A stretch of 64,000 nt of DNA from Octopus vulgaris (taxonomy: Eukaryota): contig OX597832.1 of the NCBI GenBank assembly GCA_951406725.2, positions 30,442,001 to 30,506,000 on the forward strand, read 5' to 3'. A program made the position numbers and the translations under genes. This document shows, piece by piece, positions 1 to 14,034 of the stretch (position 1 is its first letter; the number at the start of each line of letters is the position of its first letter). The notes below the pieces were generated by a model. That model saw nothing but the letters and a program-made list of their open reading frames with translations. It had not been told where the DNA came from and searched no databases.

Positions 1-19
1 TTTAGTTTAGACCTATACC

Positions 20-760
20 AGACACTGTATGCTGTGTGGATTCAAAAGAGGATCTCCAGCAATGGAAGCGGCCAGAAATATTTGTTCAGTTTATGGAAAT
101 GAAGCTTTGAGTGTCCGGACATACCAATGATGGTTTGGCGAGTTTCGCTCGGAAGATATTCCTCTTGCTGATTCCCCTTCATCTGGACGACCAATTATTT
201 TTAACTTCTGAAATTCATTGTTGAAGAAAATCCAAAGCAAACTCCCGAGGATTAGCAAAACAATTCTATTCAAATCATTCTTCGATCATAAAACAACTTG
301 AATTAGAAAGAGTGGCTGAACTGGGTCAGTTGATCGTTTATCGTCTGATTACTTCTAACCTTTTCTGAGTAGAATCGTCACAAGTGATGTAAAGAGGGGT
401 TCTATAATCATATCCAATGGAAACGGTAATGGTTAGCACACAATGAAAAATAATCGATCCCCAGACCAGGACGACACCCGCAAAAGGTTATGCTTGGGTT
501 TCGATGGGATATGAAACAGTTCATACAAGAAGCATGGCTGGGAATTGGAAGCATTGAACCAAACTTCGCAGAAAAAATGCCTCTAATTGGTCACTTGCAA
601 AAAAAAAATATTGCTCTTATTTGATAATGCAAGAATAAACATTGCCACGGATTGTCCATAAATTATGTTTACAATTTGAAATATTCAGAAAAAAATAGAG
701 AATACAAGAAACGTAACAGAGGTTGTTGGAAAATATGGGCAAATAAATAAAGTTTTATCA
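20..760 (+). mobile_element. Degenerate mariner (Tc1/mariner) transposase relic
   Basis: Manual translation gives CMLCGFKRGSPAMEAARNICSVYGNEALSVRTYQ*WFGEFRSEDIPLADSPSSGRP (N-terminal HTH), then FLSRIVTSD and HPQKVML..WDMK (first catalytic-D region), with stops and frameshifts. The 3' boundary is approximate. Confidence 0.8.
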
Positions 761-882
761 GAACACTTCTATATGGGCTCCATAGGTTGCATGCAACACA
801 GATACGCGATGGTGCTGAAAAGTTCCTGGCTTTGGGTAAAAGAAAATACAGGAAGATCAGTTAATTGTTCTTTTATTCAATA

Positions 883-1200
883 CGAGCAGTATTTTTGAAA
901 AGTAAACCTTTTGCCTTATGTAGCTTGTTATTCTCTTTAAGTGAACATTTTTCTGGTTGAAATACACCGAAAAATGGCGACACAGCAGTAAAAAAATCGT
1001 AAAAAAGCACCTTTTTGATGTAAATAATTTTTGGTGTTAACATGGTCCGATTTGAATTTTAGAATTTTAGAAGAGCAAGCTTTCTTCTATCATACTCACT
1101 ATTTTGGTCAACTTGCGTCACAGGGTCTCGGAGGAGATAGTGTTAGCTGAAGGCTACCAAACCCGCCATACACACAGACAACTTTAGCTTTATATATATA
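883..1200. mobile_element. Unclassified repeat, possibly a non-autonomous Helitron/Helentron-like element
   Basis: Ends in CACACAGACAACTTTAGCTTTATATA after an ATTTTGGTCAACTTGCG..GGTCTCGGAGGAG segment, resembling short rolling-circle-derived elements. Resemblance only. Confidence 0.35.
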
Positions 1201-1208
1201 AATATGTG

Positions 1209-1387
1209 AAGGTGGCGGCTGGCAGAAACGTTAGCACGCCGGCGAAATGCTTAGCGATATCTCGTCTGTCTTTACGTTCTGGGTTCAAATTCCGCTGAGG
1301 TCGACTTTGCCTTTCATCCTTTTAGGGTCGATAAATTAAGTACAAGTTGCGTAAAAATTTTGGTCCTTGTGCCAAGAGCAGAAAAGA
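1209..1387 (+). mobile_element. tRNA-derived SINE, family B
   Basis: A-box-like TGGCAGAAACG, B-box GGTTCAAATTCC and central GTCGACTTTGCCTTTCATCCTTT.GGGTCGATAAATTAAGTAC, shared with many other copies in the window. Confidence 0.85.
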
Positions 1388-1967
1388 TTTTATTCAATAT
1401 GTTTCCCCTCACAATTTCACACAATTAATGCAGCAGTCCTTCCGTTTTACTGAGCCCTGTAAAAGAACTCGGAAAGACATTGGGTCGGGCCCTTCAACCC
1501 GGTCTTTCGCGATACCCTTACAGCCAGGAACTTTTCAGCACCCCTTCGTAAACGATAGATTGTGGAAGTTGTAAAAGCAATTTATAAACACGCTGTGTAT
1601 ATATAATAAACACGCTGTGTATATATAATGAGAATACTTTTAAAATGTTTTGTGTTACTTTGCTTCGAAACGGGAAGAATTCTACGCCCTACGGTCCCAA
1701 AATTTGCAAAATAGATGGGATTCTGTCGTCAACGATGAGGGAAAATGTTTTGATTAAATATATCAATTAAGACTAATGAAACAGTTGTTTGTTTCCCATC
1801 TTGAAAGCTATTTCTTTCCGACATAATATATATGCATGCGTGGGTGTAGATATATATATATTGGGTATTTATCTAGGAATTGTGCATACACGCCTTCATT
1901 ATATATCTATACATTCTTATATACGTTTCAGCCAGTAGGCTGTGGCCATGCTGAAGCACCGCCAGTG

Positions 1968-2024
<57 letters not shown>

Positions 2025-2142
2025 TATGTATGTATATGTACGTATATATTTATATGTACACACACATGTACGTATGGATATATGTTTATATAAGTACGCA
2101 TATCTATGTATATATGTGTGTGTGTGTTTAAAGAGGGGTATT

Positions 2143-2175
<33 letters not shown>

Positions 2176-2344
2176 GTGTGTATGTATGTATCGATAGATA
2201 AATAGATAGATATGTATTAGTATCTATAGATAAGTGTGTCTGTATATATACATTTCATATCTGTATAGACAGATTTGTATGTGTGTATGTATATATAGAT
2301 AGGTATATGTGCATATATAGATATGTATGTATATTTATATGTGC

Positions 2345-2391
<47 letters not shown>

Positions 2392-2820
2392 GATGAATAG
2401 TTATATATATGTATATGCATATATATTTCAAACATGAGTATATTAATACGTATGTATATGCGAGTTTCATATACATATATACCCATATGTGTTTATATAC
2501 ATACATATATGTATATGTGTTTGTGCGTGCGTGCGTGCGTGTAAATATGTAAGTATATATATGTATGTATATACATATATCGTTCAGTAATAATCATATG
2601 AACGGGTAGATACCTTGTAGTATGCTGTCTCAATCCCGTGGACACTATTCGGCTATCTAATGTCAACAACAGTATGAAGTATATCCCACTGGATTACTTC
2701 AGGGGTCCCCGAACATATATATATATATATATATACATATAGATAATAAAAATGCATATTACTCTACCTTCGGAATTCGAGTGCTACTTTTCCACCTTCT
2801 TTTGCATTTATGTGCTTACT

Positions 2821-2870
<50 letters not shown>

Positions 2871-3066
2871 TAAAATTCAGGAGAAAAAATTTGCAAAGAT
2901 ATTATTGACTCTATTATTATCTGGTGTTTCAATTAAAAATGATAACAACAGAATCAATAATACAAGCGATTGCAGGTCCAAAAATGCATTCAGTAGCTAA
3001 AGGATTAAAATTAAGTGTTTTGACTGCTATTTCCAGCAGGTAGACATACTTAATATGTATTTTAAT

Positions 3067-3106
<40 letters not shown>

Positions 3107-3442
3107 CACACACACATGTATATATTCACGCATATATATTTGAATACATTTATGAATACATATTTTTGTGTATATGTATATACACGTTTCCCATTAATTT
3201 ACACACATGCACACACACACGTACACACACACACGTGTATGTATATAATTTAAAGTCGCACTCATAGTTATGTGGTAAATAAGATTGTTTTGTGACCGCG
3301 TGTGTTCAGGTTCAATTCCACTCCACAGCAATTTGTTTGCCTTCCATTATAGTACCGGGCTGCGCACTGGCTTTGTAGCAATTTCGGTCGACTGAAACTG
3401 TGCGGAAGCCCTTTATGTGTGTGTGCGCGTGTATGCGTGTGC

Positions 3443-3516
<74 letters not shown>

Positions 3517-3918
3517 TAGAATGAGAAACAGAAAATCTATATATTTTAAAGCAAGCCTCTAATTATTAAAGTGGAAAAATTATCAGAAAAGCCAATTCTA
3601 TCCATCTTTGCATATACATATATACATGTGTGTGTGTGTGTGTGTGGACAACGGTTTGACAAATGGTGTTGGTTTGTTTGCATCCACGTAACTTATTGAT
3701 TGGTAAAAGAGAACGATACAGTAAGCGCCAGATAAAACTTTCAAGCCTGTGCCCCATTATGGCCGTAGTGCAATGACTGAATCACGTAAAAGAAACACAA
3801 TAAAAGATACATATTTCGGTCATTGGACTACGGCCATGCTGGGGCACATCCTTGAAGGGCTGGCTTTGCTGAACCAGTTAAACCTCACTCGTTACTTTTT
3901 TCGCGATAGGGTAACGCG

Positions 3919-3951
<33 letters not shown>

Positions 3952-4346
3952 GGGGTCTCCTCCAGAGTTTCCCTTTATCTAACTCACTCACAGCTACTTG
4001 CTTGTCCCAGAGCTATAATGGAAAATACCATCCACATGGTTGCGAAACTGGCGGCATAATTTAACAAACATACATATAATTATCTACACTTATCCATATA
4101 TAGATAGACATATATTTCTAAACATATATAGATAGAGATATATAAAAGCTGTGGCGAAATATATGCATATATATATATATATGTATGTATGTATGTATAT
4201 GTATGTATGTATGTATATGTATGTATGTATGTATATGTATGTATGTATGTATGTATATATATGCATGTATGTATATCTATGTATGTATATATATGTATGT
4301 ATATGTATATATATACATATATATACATATATACATATATATACAT

Positions 4347-4399
<53 letters not shown>

Positions 4400-4657
4400 T
4401 ACATATATATATACACACACATACAAGAGAGACAGAGAACGGCAGGAACAAGGAAAATGCCACTTGTATTTGAATACTATGCAAATATTCTTTTAGAAAG
4501 CTTTTCTTTTAATTTTTGCAAAATTTATTTGTTTTCCATACTTATAGTTGAAAAAGTCTCAATGACTGAAACCGGCACTGAAATGTTTTTTATAAAATTA
4601 TTTTACCATTTTCTACCTTGACATTTTTTCCATAGATACATACATACACACACACAC

Positions 4658-4701
<44 letters not shown>

Positions 4702-4780
4702 TATATATATACATTTATACATGTCATTTTTCAGATGAGATACATATAAGATTCCAATACCATGTAAAAAAATATATATT

Positions 4781-4901
<121 letters not shown>

Positions 4902-4923
4902 ATATGTGTGTATATGTGTATAT

Positions 4924-4992
<69 letters not shown>

Positions 4993-5018
4993 TACACATG
5001 CATATATATGTACATATT

Positions 5019-5064
<46 letters not shown>

Positions 5065-5809
5065 CCTAGAACTCTAGAGATGTTTGTATCTAATCGAAAT
5101 ATCTAAGAAATAATATACTTTATCTTTTTTTTTTGCCGTATTTATATTCATACTTACCTTCAGCAATGTGGTACAAATTTTTTGTGATATTTAGACCTCC
5201 GTTTAGTAATGAAAACGATGAAACACAATTTTTGTTTGTTATTTCTTAACGGAAAGACAGGTTCCGTGACGTCAACACACATACACAATACACACACATG
5301 TTATGAATGTCATGACGTGTCAATCAACACACGTCCACTATCTGTGACATATACACACACATAATCTTCACATTCACCAAGAAGAAAAAACGTCGACATT
5401 TTGACGTACGCAATATTTTAATCATTTAGAAATATTTTTAACTGAAAGTGATTTCAAAAATGTTGTTTGTACAATAAGTATTTATATTTTAGCTCTCTTC
5501 AAACAGTTCGTTAATTTCCGTAAAAAAGTTTTTATTTATTTACTTTTGCTTTAAAGTGAAAGAGAGGAGAAAACCAAAGATGATGTGCGTGAATATGAAA
5601 CGGACGTGTGTGTGTGAAAGATAGAGAGGAAGAAAGAGAGAAAGAAAGAGAGAAAGAGAGTGAGAGAGTGAAGGGGTGTGTTGACATGTATGTGTACATA
5701 CATCAATACATATGCGTACATTTTTATTTGCATGTACCTATGCATGTGTGTGTGTGAGAAAGAGTGAGTGAGTGATTGAACGTGTGTGTTCTCATGTATG
5801 TATATGAGG

Positions 5810-5872
<63 letters not shown>

Positions 5873-6118
5873 ATTTGGCTGGTATTTCAAGCAATCCCTG
5901 CTACCACCCAAAATCTCTGTTACGTGGTTGAAGGGCTTGCAAGAAATAGCAGTCAAATCTTTCCTTTTGTGAGGAAAGGAGCAGTTTACAGGTGATTTCG
6001 ATGGAGCATTCGTTGAAAGCATGGGAAATAACCTGGAAGAGAAACAAAAAACCCACGAAACAAAACTCCGTTGTTGGGAAACTCAGACTTCCCATTTGAC
6101 CCAATGGATCATAGGTAG

Positions 6119-6172
<54 letters not shown>

Positions 6173-6176
<4 letters not shown>

Positions 6177-6442
6177 CAGGCGTGTGGCTTAGTGGTTAGG
6201 GCAATCGGCTGACGATCGTGAGGTCGTGAGATCCATTCCCGGCGACGCGTTTTGTCCCTAAGCAAGACACTTTATTTCACGTTGCTCCAGTCCACTCAGC
6301 TAAAGAAATGAGTAGTAACTGTATTTCAAAGGGCCAGCCATGTCACACTTTGTGTCAGGCTGAATCTTTCTCAGAACTACTTGTACGTGAATTTCACGAG
6401 CAGGCTGTTCCGTTGATTGTATCTGCTCGGATCCTCGTCGTA
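6173..6442 (+). mobile_element. tRNA-derived SINE, family C (CORE-like central domain)
   Basis: A-box TGGCTTAGTGG, degenerate B-box, then TGTCC..AGCAAGACACTTTATTTCACGTTGCTCCAGTCCACTCAGC. Homologous to 18009-18309 and 27191-27440. Confidence 0.8.
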
Positions 6443-6544
6443 TATATATATATAAAATGAATTCTCGTATATTCCATCTTCCGTCTTTCATTTACCATAT
6501 ATATATATACACATACATATATATGTCTACATATATGTATATAT

Positions 6545-6920
6545 GCATAAGAGTGGCTGTGTGATAAGTAGCTTGCTTACCAAGCACATGGTTCCGGGTT
6601 CAGTCCCACTGCGTGGCATCTTGGGCAAGTGTCTTCTACCATAGCCTCAGGCCGACCAAAGCCTTGTGAGTGGATTTGGTAGACGGAAACTGAAAGCCTG
6701 TCGTATATATGTATATGTATAAGTGTATGTTTGTGTGTTTTTGTTTGTCCCCCTAGCATTGCTTGATAACCGATGCTGGTGTGTTTATGTCCCCGTCACC
6801 TAGCGGTTCGGCAAAAGAGACCGATAGAATAAGTACTGGGCTTACAAAGAATAAGTCCCGGGGTCGATTTGCTCGACTAAAGGCGGTTCTGAAACATAGC
6901 CGCTGTCAAAAGAATGGAAA
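6545..6920 (+). mobile_element. tRNA-derived SINE, family A (CORE-like; internal microsatellite; CR1-like tail)
   Basis: GAGTGGCTGTGTG head, B-box GGTTCAGTCCC, CTTGGGCAAGTGTCTT core, internal TA/TG tract. Highly similar to 10576-10951, 32496-32928 and 37697-38141. Confidence 0.9.
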
Positions 6921-7813
6921 TTAATATATGTCAAGGGAATCAATGGGTAATGAATTCCATTAGCTAACAGCTGTTTCTGCTACGGGATGCAGTGCACTCA
7001 GTGCAGATTGCTTGTGCTTCAGCATATTGCTTAGTCAGATTTCAGAAGCTCCGAATAAGGTGATGCACAAGTATTCAGCTTTTAAGACAATGCACCTTAT
7101 CACCGAAACAACTGTAACTTAATGAATTTCTTATTCCGTTGCCATGTATGTAATTAATTTCAAATTATGCTCTGCAAATGACTAACACTTTATTCTGATG
7201 GATTTTCCCACCAGATTACTAATAGCACTGTACTTAAGCGAAATATTAGATATAAATGTGTGCGTGTGTGTGTTTCCTTGCTGGTTTCAGCCAGAGGCTG
7301 CGGCAGTGCTGGGATGCGTACGGTCTCGTTTTCTTTATTACTGAGACCATAAATTTCCTCAGTTAGGTTGTTGATGCATCAAGAAACTTGAACGATGCGA
7401 TTCCGATATTTTAGAATATAGCACAACGAAACTGAAGATACGTCATCATAAAAAGGTGAGAGAGATTCATTTGGGGAAAAAGTTTACAAATACAGAATAT
7501 TTATGGTGAATGGCTTATCGACGTTTAATGGCTGAAGTTCCAGCCATGAAAAATGTCAGTCGTTAAATTCTCCTGGGAAGCTGAATATATATGTATAATG
7601 TATATATATATATGTGTGTGTATGTATATATATATATGTATGCATGCATGTATTCATTTATATATAGATTGAATTCATTTCTCCATTTACTTATTTGTAT
7701 TATATATATATATATATATTTATGTAAATATATATATGCATTTACGTACATATTCATACTCATATATATGTGTGTCTATATTCATATATATATGTGTGTG
7801 TGTGTGTGTGTGA

Positions 7814-7845
<32 letters not shown>

Positions 7846-7867
7846 GAATATACATATATATATATGC

Positions 7868-7900
<33 letters not shown>

Positions 7901-7939
7901 TGAATATTTATATATTTGTATGTATTTATATATTTATAT

Positions 7940-7995
<56 letters not shown>

Positions 7996-8031
7996 ACACA
8001 TATGTGTATAAATATATGTATACATATGCAT

Positions 8032-8064
<33 letters not shown>

Positions 8065-8302
8065 GTTCATATGTATATATATATATATATATGTATACAC
8101 ATATATGTATAAATATATGTATACATATGTATGTATATATATGAATATATGTGTATACATATAAATATATGTATATATATATATGTATGTATATATATAT
8201 ATGCACATATATATATGGATATATGTGTATACATATATATGTATACATATATATGTAATATATATATGTATACATACATATGTATATATTTTATATATAT
8301 AC

Positions 8303-8334
<32 letters not shown>

Positions 8335-8347
8335 GTATACATATATA

Positions 8348-8526
8348 CTTTATTTAAAGCAACAGAAAATTTTGCTAGCAAAAACTGTCCGATGAACGGC
8401 AACGGGAAACCCAGAGTAACAGGTTTTGTTGAATTTTCTGCTGCCTTAAATAAAGCATATTACTCTACCACTGGTATTTGAGTACTCTTTTTTCCACCTT
8501 GTTTCACATTTATGTGTTTACTCCGG
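8348..8526 (+). mobile_element. Penelope-like pseudo-LTR island with hammerhead motif
   Basis: Inverted arms 8348-8388 / 8419-8455 enclose CCGAUGA-stemII-GAAAC..GUA. The 3' extension is homologous to 2752-2822. Embedded in (TA)n. Confidence 0.6.
8385..8422 (+). ncRNA. Type-I hammerhead-like ribozyme motif (CCGAUGA core)
   Basis: CUGU-CCGAUGA-A-CG-GCAA-CG-G-GAAAC-CCAGA-GUA-ACAG. Stem I CUGU/ACAG, short stem II with GNRA loop, predicted cleavage after 8418. Confidence 0.6.
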
Positions 8527-8841
8527 TGTATACATATATATGTATATATATATGCACGTACATATATATGCGTATATATGTATATGTATGTATATATATA
8601 TATATACACGTGTGTGTATATATACATGTGCATATATATGCGTGTGTACATATATATGTGCGTATATATATGTACATGTACATATATATGCATATATATA
8701 TATATTTATATGTATATTTAGGCATTATATATATACGCATATACATATGCATATATATATACACATATGTATATATATGTACACAAATGTATATATATAT
8801 ATATATATATATAAATGCATTTATATATGCATATATATATA

Positions 8842-8883
<42 letters not shown>

Positions 8884-8884
<1 letters not shown>

Positions 8885-10051
8885 TTGGAGAGCGACTGCA
8901 CAACTTCCTAAAAGATAGAAGGCAGGCAGTTGTGGCCAATGGAGCCACCTCCAAGGAAACACAAATAACAAGCAGTGTTCCACAGGGCCCTGTATTGAGG
9001 CCACTGCTGCTCATAGTGGCCATTTCAGACATGCCCTCCGTTGCTAAGTTGGCCTCCCTTACTAGCTATGCAGATGACACAAAAGTCTCACACACAATAC
9101 AAAACCCTGGAAATATTTCACATCTGCAATGTGAGTTGGATGCAATTTGCAGATTGGCTGAGGACAACAACATGCAGTTTAATGCAGGGAAGTTCCAGGC
9201 CCTGCGCTACCGGCACACAAAGGTAAATGACACGCAGACCGGATACACTGGCCCAGAAAGAATCGTAATTCTTGAGTCAAAATCAGTGCGTGACCTGGGT
9301 ATTGACATGAGCAATGATGCATCTTTCCAAGAGCATATTGCAAATTTGGTAATAAAATGCAGACGGCTAGCTGGATGGATTCTCCGAACTTTCAGTACAA
9401 GAGAGAAGAAGACACTGATGGTCCTTTGGAAGATATTCGTCCTCAGCCACTTCGACTACTGCTCCCAACTATGGTCACCACACAATATAAAGCTAACAGC
9501 AGAACTCGAGTCAATTCAACGAAGCTACACTAAGAAAATCGTCTCAATGCAACATATCAGCTACTGGGAAAGACAGAAAGTATTGAAACTCTTCTCCCTG
9601 GATCGAAGGCTGGAGAGATATGCAGTGATATACATCTGGAAAATCCTGGAGGGTCTTGTCCCAAACTTTGGCATTCAAAGTTACCCCAACAGCAGGACGG
9701 GGCGCCATTGCGTGGTGCCAAAGATCCCAACATCACCATCAAAATACAGGACCAGATACTGCAACAGCTTGGGTTTCAGAGGACCACAGCTCTTCAATAT
9801 CCTTCCTAAATGCCTGAGAGACCTGCATGGTGTGGATGTGGGTTTCTTTAAAACTAAACTGGATCTCTTCTTGTCGGGGGTCGCAGATGAACCTACCTCT
9901 CGGCAGGAAACACAGATGCGGGCAGCGGCATCGAACTCCCTTGTTGATCAAGTGCCACGTATCAGAGGTGGTTTCACATACTAGTGTAGCTCATTCAATG
10001 GTGGTGCCCTAGCATGGCCGCAGCCTTCGGGCTGAAACATTTTTAAGGATT
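8884..10051 (+). mobile_element. 5'-truncated CR1-clade LINE (RT C-terminal half plus 3' UTR)
   Basis: Uninterrupted frame to stop 9984 with VPQG.VL.PLL, YADDTK, RDLG, DYCSQLWSP and LFSL..R..R motifs. 3' tail ...GCATGGCCGCAGCCTTCGGGCTGAAACATTTTTAAGGAT. Confidence 0.92.
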
Positions 10052-10070
10052 ATATATATGCATATACATA

Positions 10071-10114
<44 letters not shown>

Positions 10115-10407
10115 TATATATATATATATATGCATATATTCATATATATATACATATATGCATATATATATGTGTGTGTATATATATATATGCATATATG
10201 CATATATATATATATATATATACATATATGCATATATATATATGTGTGTGTGTGTATATATATGTATATGTGTATATATATAGGCATCTATGTATATGTG
10301 TATATATATATATGCATATATATGTAAATGCATATATGTATATATACATATACATATATATATGTATATATATATATTTCCATATATATATATCCATATA
10401 TATTTGC

Positions 10408-10438
<31 letters not shown>

Positions 10439-10575
10439 CATATATATATATGTATATATATATATACATACATATATATATACATATATATATATACATA
10501 TATATATCCATATATATATATAATATATATATGTATATATATATATCCATATATGTATATATGTCCATATACATA

Positions 10576-10951
10576 TACTCTTTTACTCTTTTATTTGTTT
10601 CAGTCATTTGACTGCGGCCATGCTGGAGCACCGCCTTTAATCGAGCAACTCGAACCCGGGACTTATTCTTTTGTAAGCCCAGTACTTATTCTATCAGTCT
10701 CTTTTGCCGAACCGCGGACGTAAACACACCAGCATAGGGGGACAAACACAGACACACAAACACACACACATATACATATACATATATACGACGGGCTTCT
10801 TTCAGTTTCCGTCTACCAAATCCACTCACAAAGCTTTGGTCGGCCCGAGGCTATAGTAGAAGACACTTGGCCAAGGTGCCACGCAGTTGGACTGAACCCG
10901 GAACCATGTGGTTGGTAAACAAGCTACTTACCACACAGCCACTCCTGCGCC
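10576..10951 (-). mobile_element. SINE family A, full length
   Basis: Reverse complement begins GGCGCAGGAGTGGCTGTGTGG and ends in (AAAAGAGT)n. Confidence 0.92.
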
Positions 10952-10964
10952 TATATATATATCC

Positions 10965-11023
<59 letters not shown>

Positions 11024-11116
11024 TCGATATACATATATCCATATATATGTGTGTGTATGTATCCATATATATATATTTGCATATATATATGCATATATTT
11101 ATATGCATATATATTC

Positions 11117-11149
<33 letters not shown>

Positions 11150-11844
11150 CATACAAACACACTTACACTCGCACATGCACTGACACGTATCTGTGAATAT
11201 ATATATACACATATTTAATTATATTCATATTTACAGGTATATATATGTGTGTTTATATTTTTATCCTATTTATAAATGTGCAAGAAATAGCGTTCGGTAA
11301 AAATTAAGATGTGTATAATGTTTATGATACATATATACATAACATTTTTAAGAGATCATTATATATATATGCATTTATGTATATTTCTTTCATACGGAAT
11401 CAAATCGAGATAAATCGACAGACAGACAGACAGACAGTTATGCATGAAGACAAGTTTATAGTTAAGCCTCTGTCCTTATGATGCACATCCACATATTGCA
11501 GTAGATCAAAGTATGTTTGTAGATATTATATTTATTCGAGAGTTGAACATACTGGAAAATAAGCAGTTTGGAGTAATTTCATATTAAAACAGAAAACTGG
11601 GAGAAAAAAAACTATTTTTGCTATTATTTATTTCGCATTATACATATTCCATTAGAAATAAGAGTTATATGAATATAAATGTAGAAAGAAAGAAAAAAAA
11701 CAAATTTGTAAGACATTTCCTATTAGTAATTCTTCACATCGAGAAATTTTACGTATTCTTCTGGATAGATTTATGATACATATATAATTGTATATAGAAA
11801 ATATATATGTATAAGTGAACGCAAATGGGGTTCATATATATATG

Positions 11845-11965
<121 letters not shown>

Positions 11966-11990
11966 GATAATAAATGTGTATATATGTTTG

Positions 11991-12026
<36 letters not shown>

Positions 12027-12201
12027 GTATCTTTATATATGCATATATATATATATATGCATATAAAATTTAGATGAACATAGAATGAGGAGGAGGGGGA
12101 GGAGGAGAAGAAGGAGAAGAAAATGAGATATTAAAATCTAGACAAGTATCAATAAAGCATTCAGTCTTAAACAAATTAGGTTAACTATATGTGTGTGTGT
12201 G

Positions 12202-12281
<80 letters not shown>

Positions 12282-12282
12282 A

Positions 12283-12314
<32 letters not shown>

Positions 12315-12466
12315 ATTTGTATTTTTATACATGCCTGTGTATATTCGCATAACAGATACTAAGAGGAACACATCCGTATTTAGTTCTTCATGAACAAACA
12401 GTTATATACGCCGTACATACAAATATGCATCATATACACAAACACATACAGGCAGGCATAGATATA

Positions 12467-12535
<69 letters not shown>

Positions 12536-12536
<1 letters not shown>

Positions 12537-12740
12537 CGCCGGGCGAAATGCTTAGCGGTAGTTCGTCTGTCGTTGCGTTCTGAGTTCAAATTCCGCCGAG
12601 GTCGACTTTGCCTTTCATCCTTTCGGGGTCGATTAAATAAGTCCCAGTTACGCACTGGGGTCGATGTAATCGACTTCATCCATTTGTCTGTCTTTGTTTG
12701 TCCCCTCTGTGTTTAGCCCCTTGTGGGCAATAAAGAAATA
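12536..12740 (+). mobile_element. SINE family B
   Basis: B-box GAGTTCAAATTCC, central domain, tail CCCCTTGTGGGCAATAAAGAAATA. Confidence 0.88.
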
Positions 12741-12769
12741 TATATGAACGCACACGCATTTGAATCTTT

Positions 12770-13085
12770 ATCTTGTTTCGATGATTAGGGTGCGACCAGG
12801 CCAGGGCACCGCGTCGAAGAATTCTCATCGTATGAACCGGACCCAGTCCATATTTTCTAAGACTGGTACTAATTCTGTCGGTCTCTTTTGCGACTCGAAC
12901 GCGCCAACGCCGGTGGTGGGAGGCAAAAGTAAACGCACGCACGCACACAATCACACACACACACACACACATACACATGTAAGACTGGCCTCCACAAGCT
13001 TCTTCGTACAAGGTTTTGGTTGGCACGAGACTACTGTAGAAAATACTTGCTCAAGGTGTCAGGCAGCGAGACTGAACCCGGAAGA
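12770..13085 (-). mobile_element. SINE family A, degenerate
   Basis: Recognisable GACTGAACCCGGAA, ACTGTAGAAAATACTTGCTCAAGG and TCGGTCTCTTTTGC segments with an internal CA tract. Confidence 0.7.
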
Positions 13086-13161
13086 ATGTCTATGTCAATA
13101 TGTCTATACATTGAAATGTATGTATATATTTTATTTATATGCATATGTTCATATATATTTC

Positions 13162-13219
<58 letters not shown>

Positions 13220-13349
13220 CGTGTATGTGTCCGCCAACAGTATACCTGGTGGGTTTTTTTCTTTCTCTTAGTTGTAGTGCACCTGAGCACTATATACAAT
13301 TTCTTTCACTCATACACATATATATATATATCCATATATATATATATAT

Positions 13350-13481
<132 letters not shown>

Positions 13482-13879
13482 TAGATAGAAAGATAGATAT
13501 CAATTGGTGGTTCATCAACTTTTAGGCATTTGCTAACTTATTCGTTTATTTACTAAACTGATAATCACAATAATATACATACATATAACATATTATACTT
13601 TACATATAAGATATTCATATATATATACATATATAGACATATATATATATACACATATATACATATAGATATACATATACACACACACATACACACATAT
13701 ATACATGTATATATACATATATATATATATATACCTACACTTAATATAAATAAACTTATAAATAAAAATACACAAATAAATATAAAGTTACATATCCATA
13801 TACTACTACGAGTATATATATAATATATATACAAGTGCACATCTTTCTACGTATGTACATGTATATACATATGTACATT

Positions 13880-13919
<40 letters not shown>

Positions 13920-13948
13920 AATCTTTATGTGTGTGTGTACACACACAT

Positions 13949-14034
<86 letters not shown>

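Larger units (their letters stand above)
805..1548. mobile_element. Mariner-derived MITE interrupted by a nested insertion
   Basis: 27-bp TIRs at 805-831 and 1522-1548 (inner 21 bp GGTGCTGAAAAGTTCCTGGCT identical) with flanking TA. Interior 1390-1500 resembles a mariner C-terminus on the minus strand. Confidence 0.8.

Noticed and set aside
1584-1627. 22-bp tandem duplication
   Set aside because: Ordinary slippage duplication with no further structure.
8815-8883. N-terminus of the 389-aa ORF as a real start
   Set aside because: The first 23 codons are TA microsatellite. The RT-like part is a 5'-truncated LINE, not a gene.
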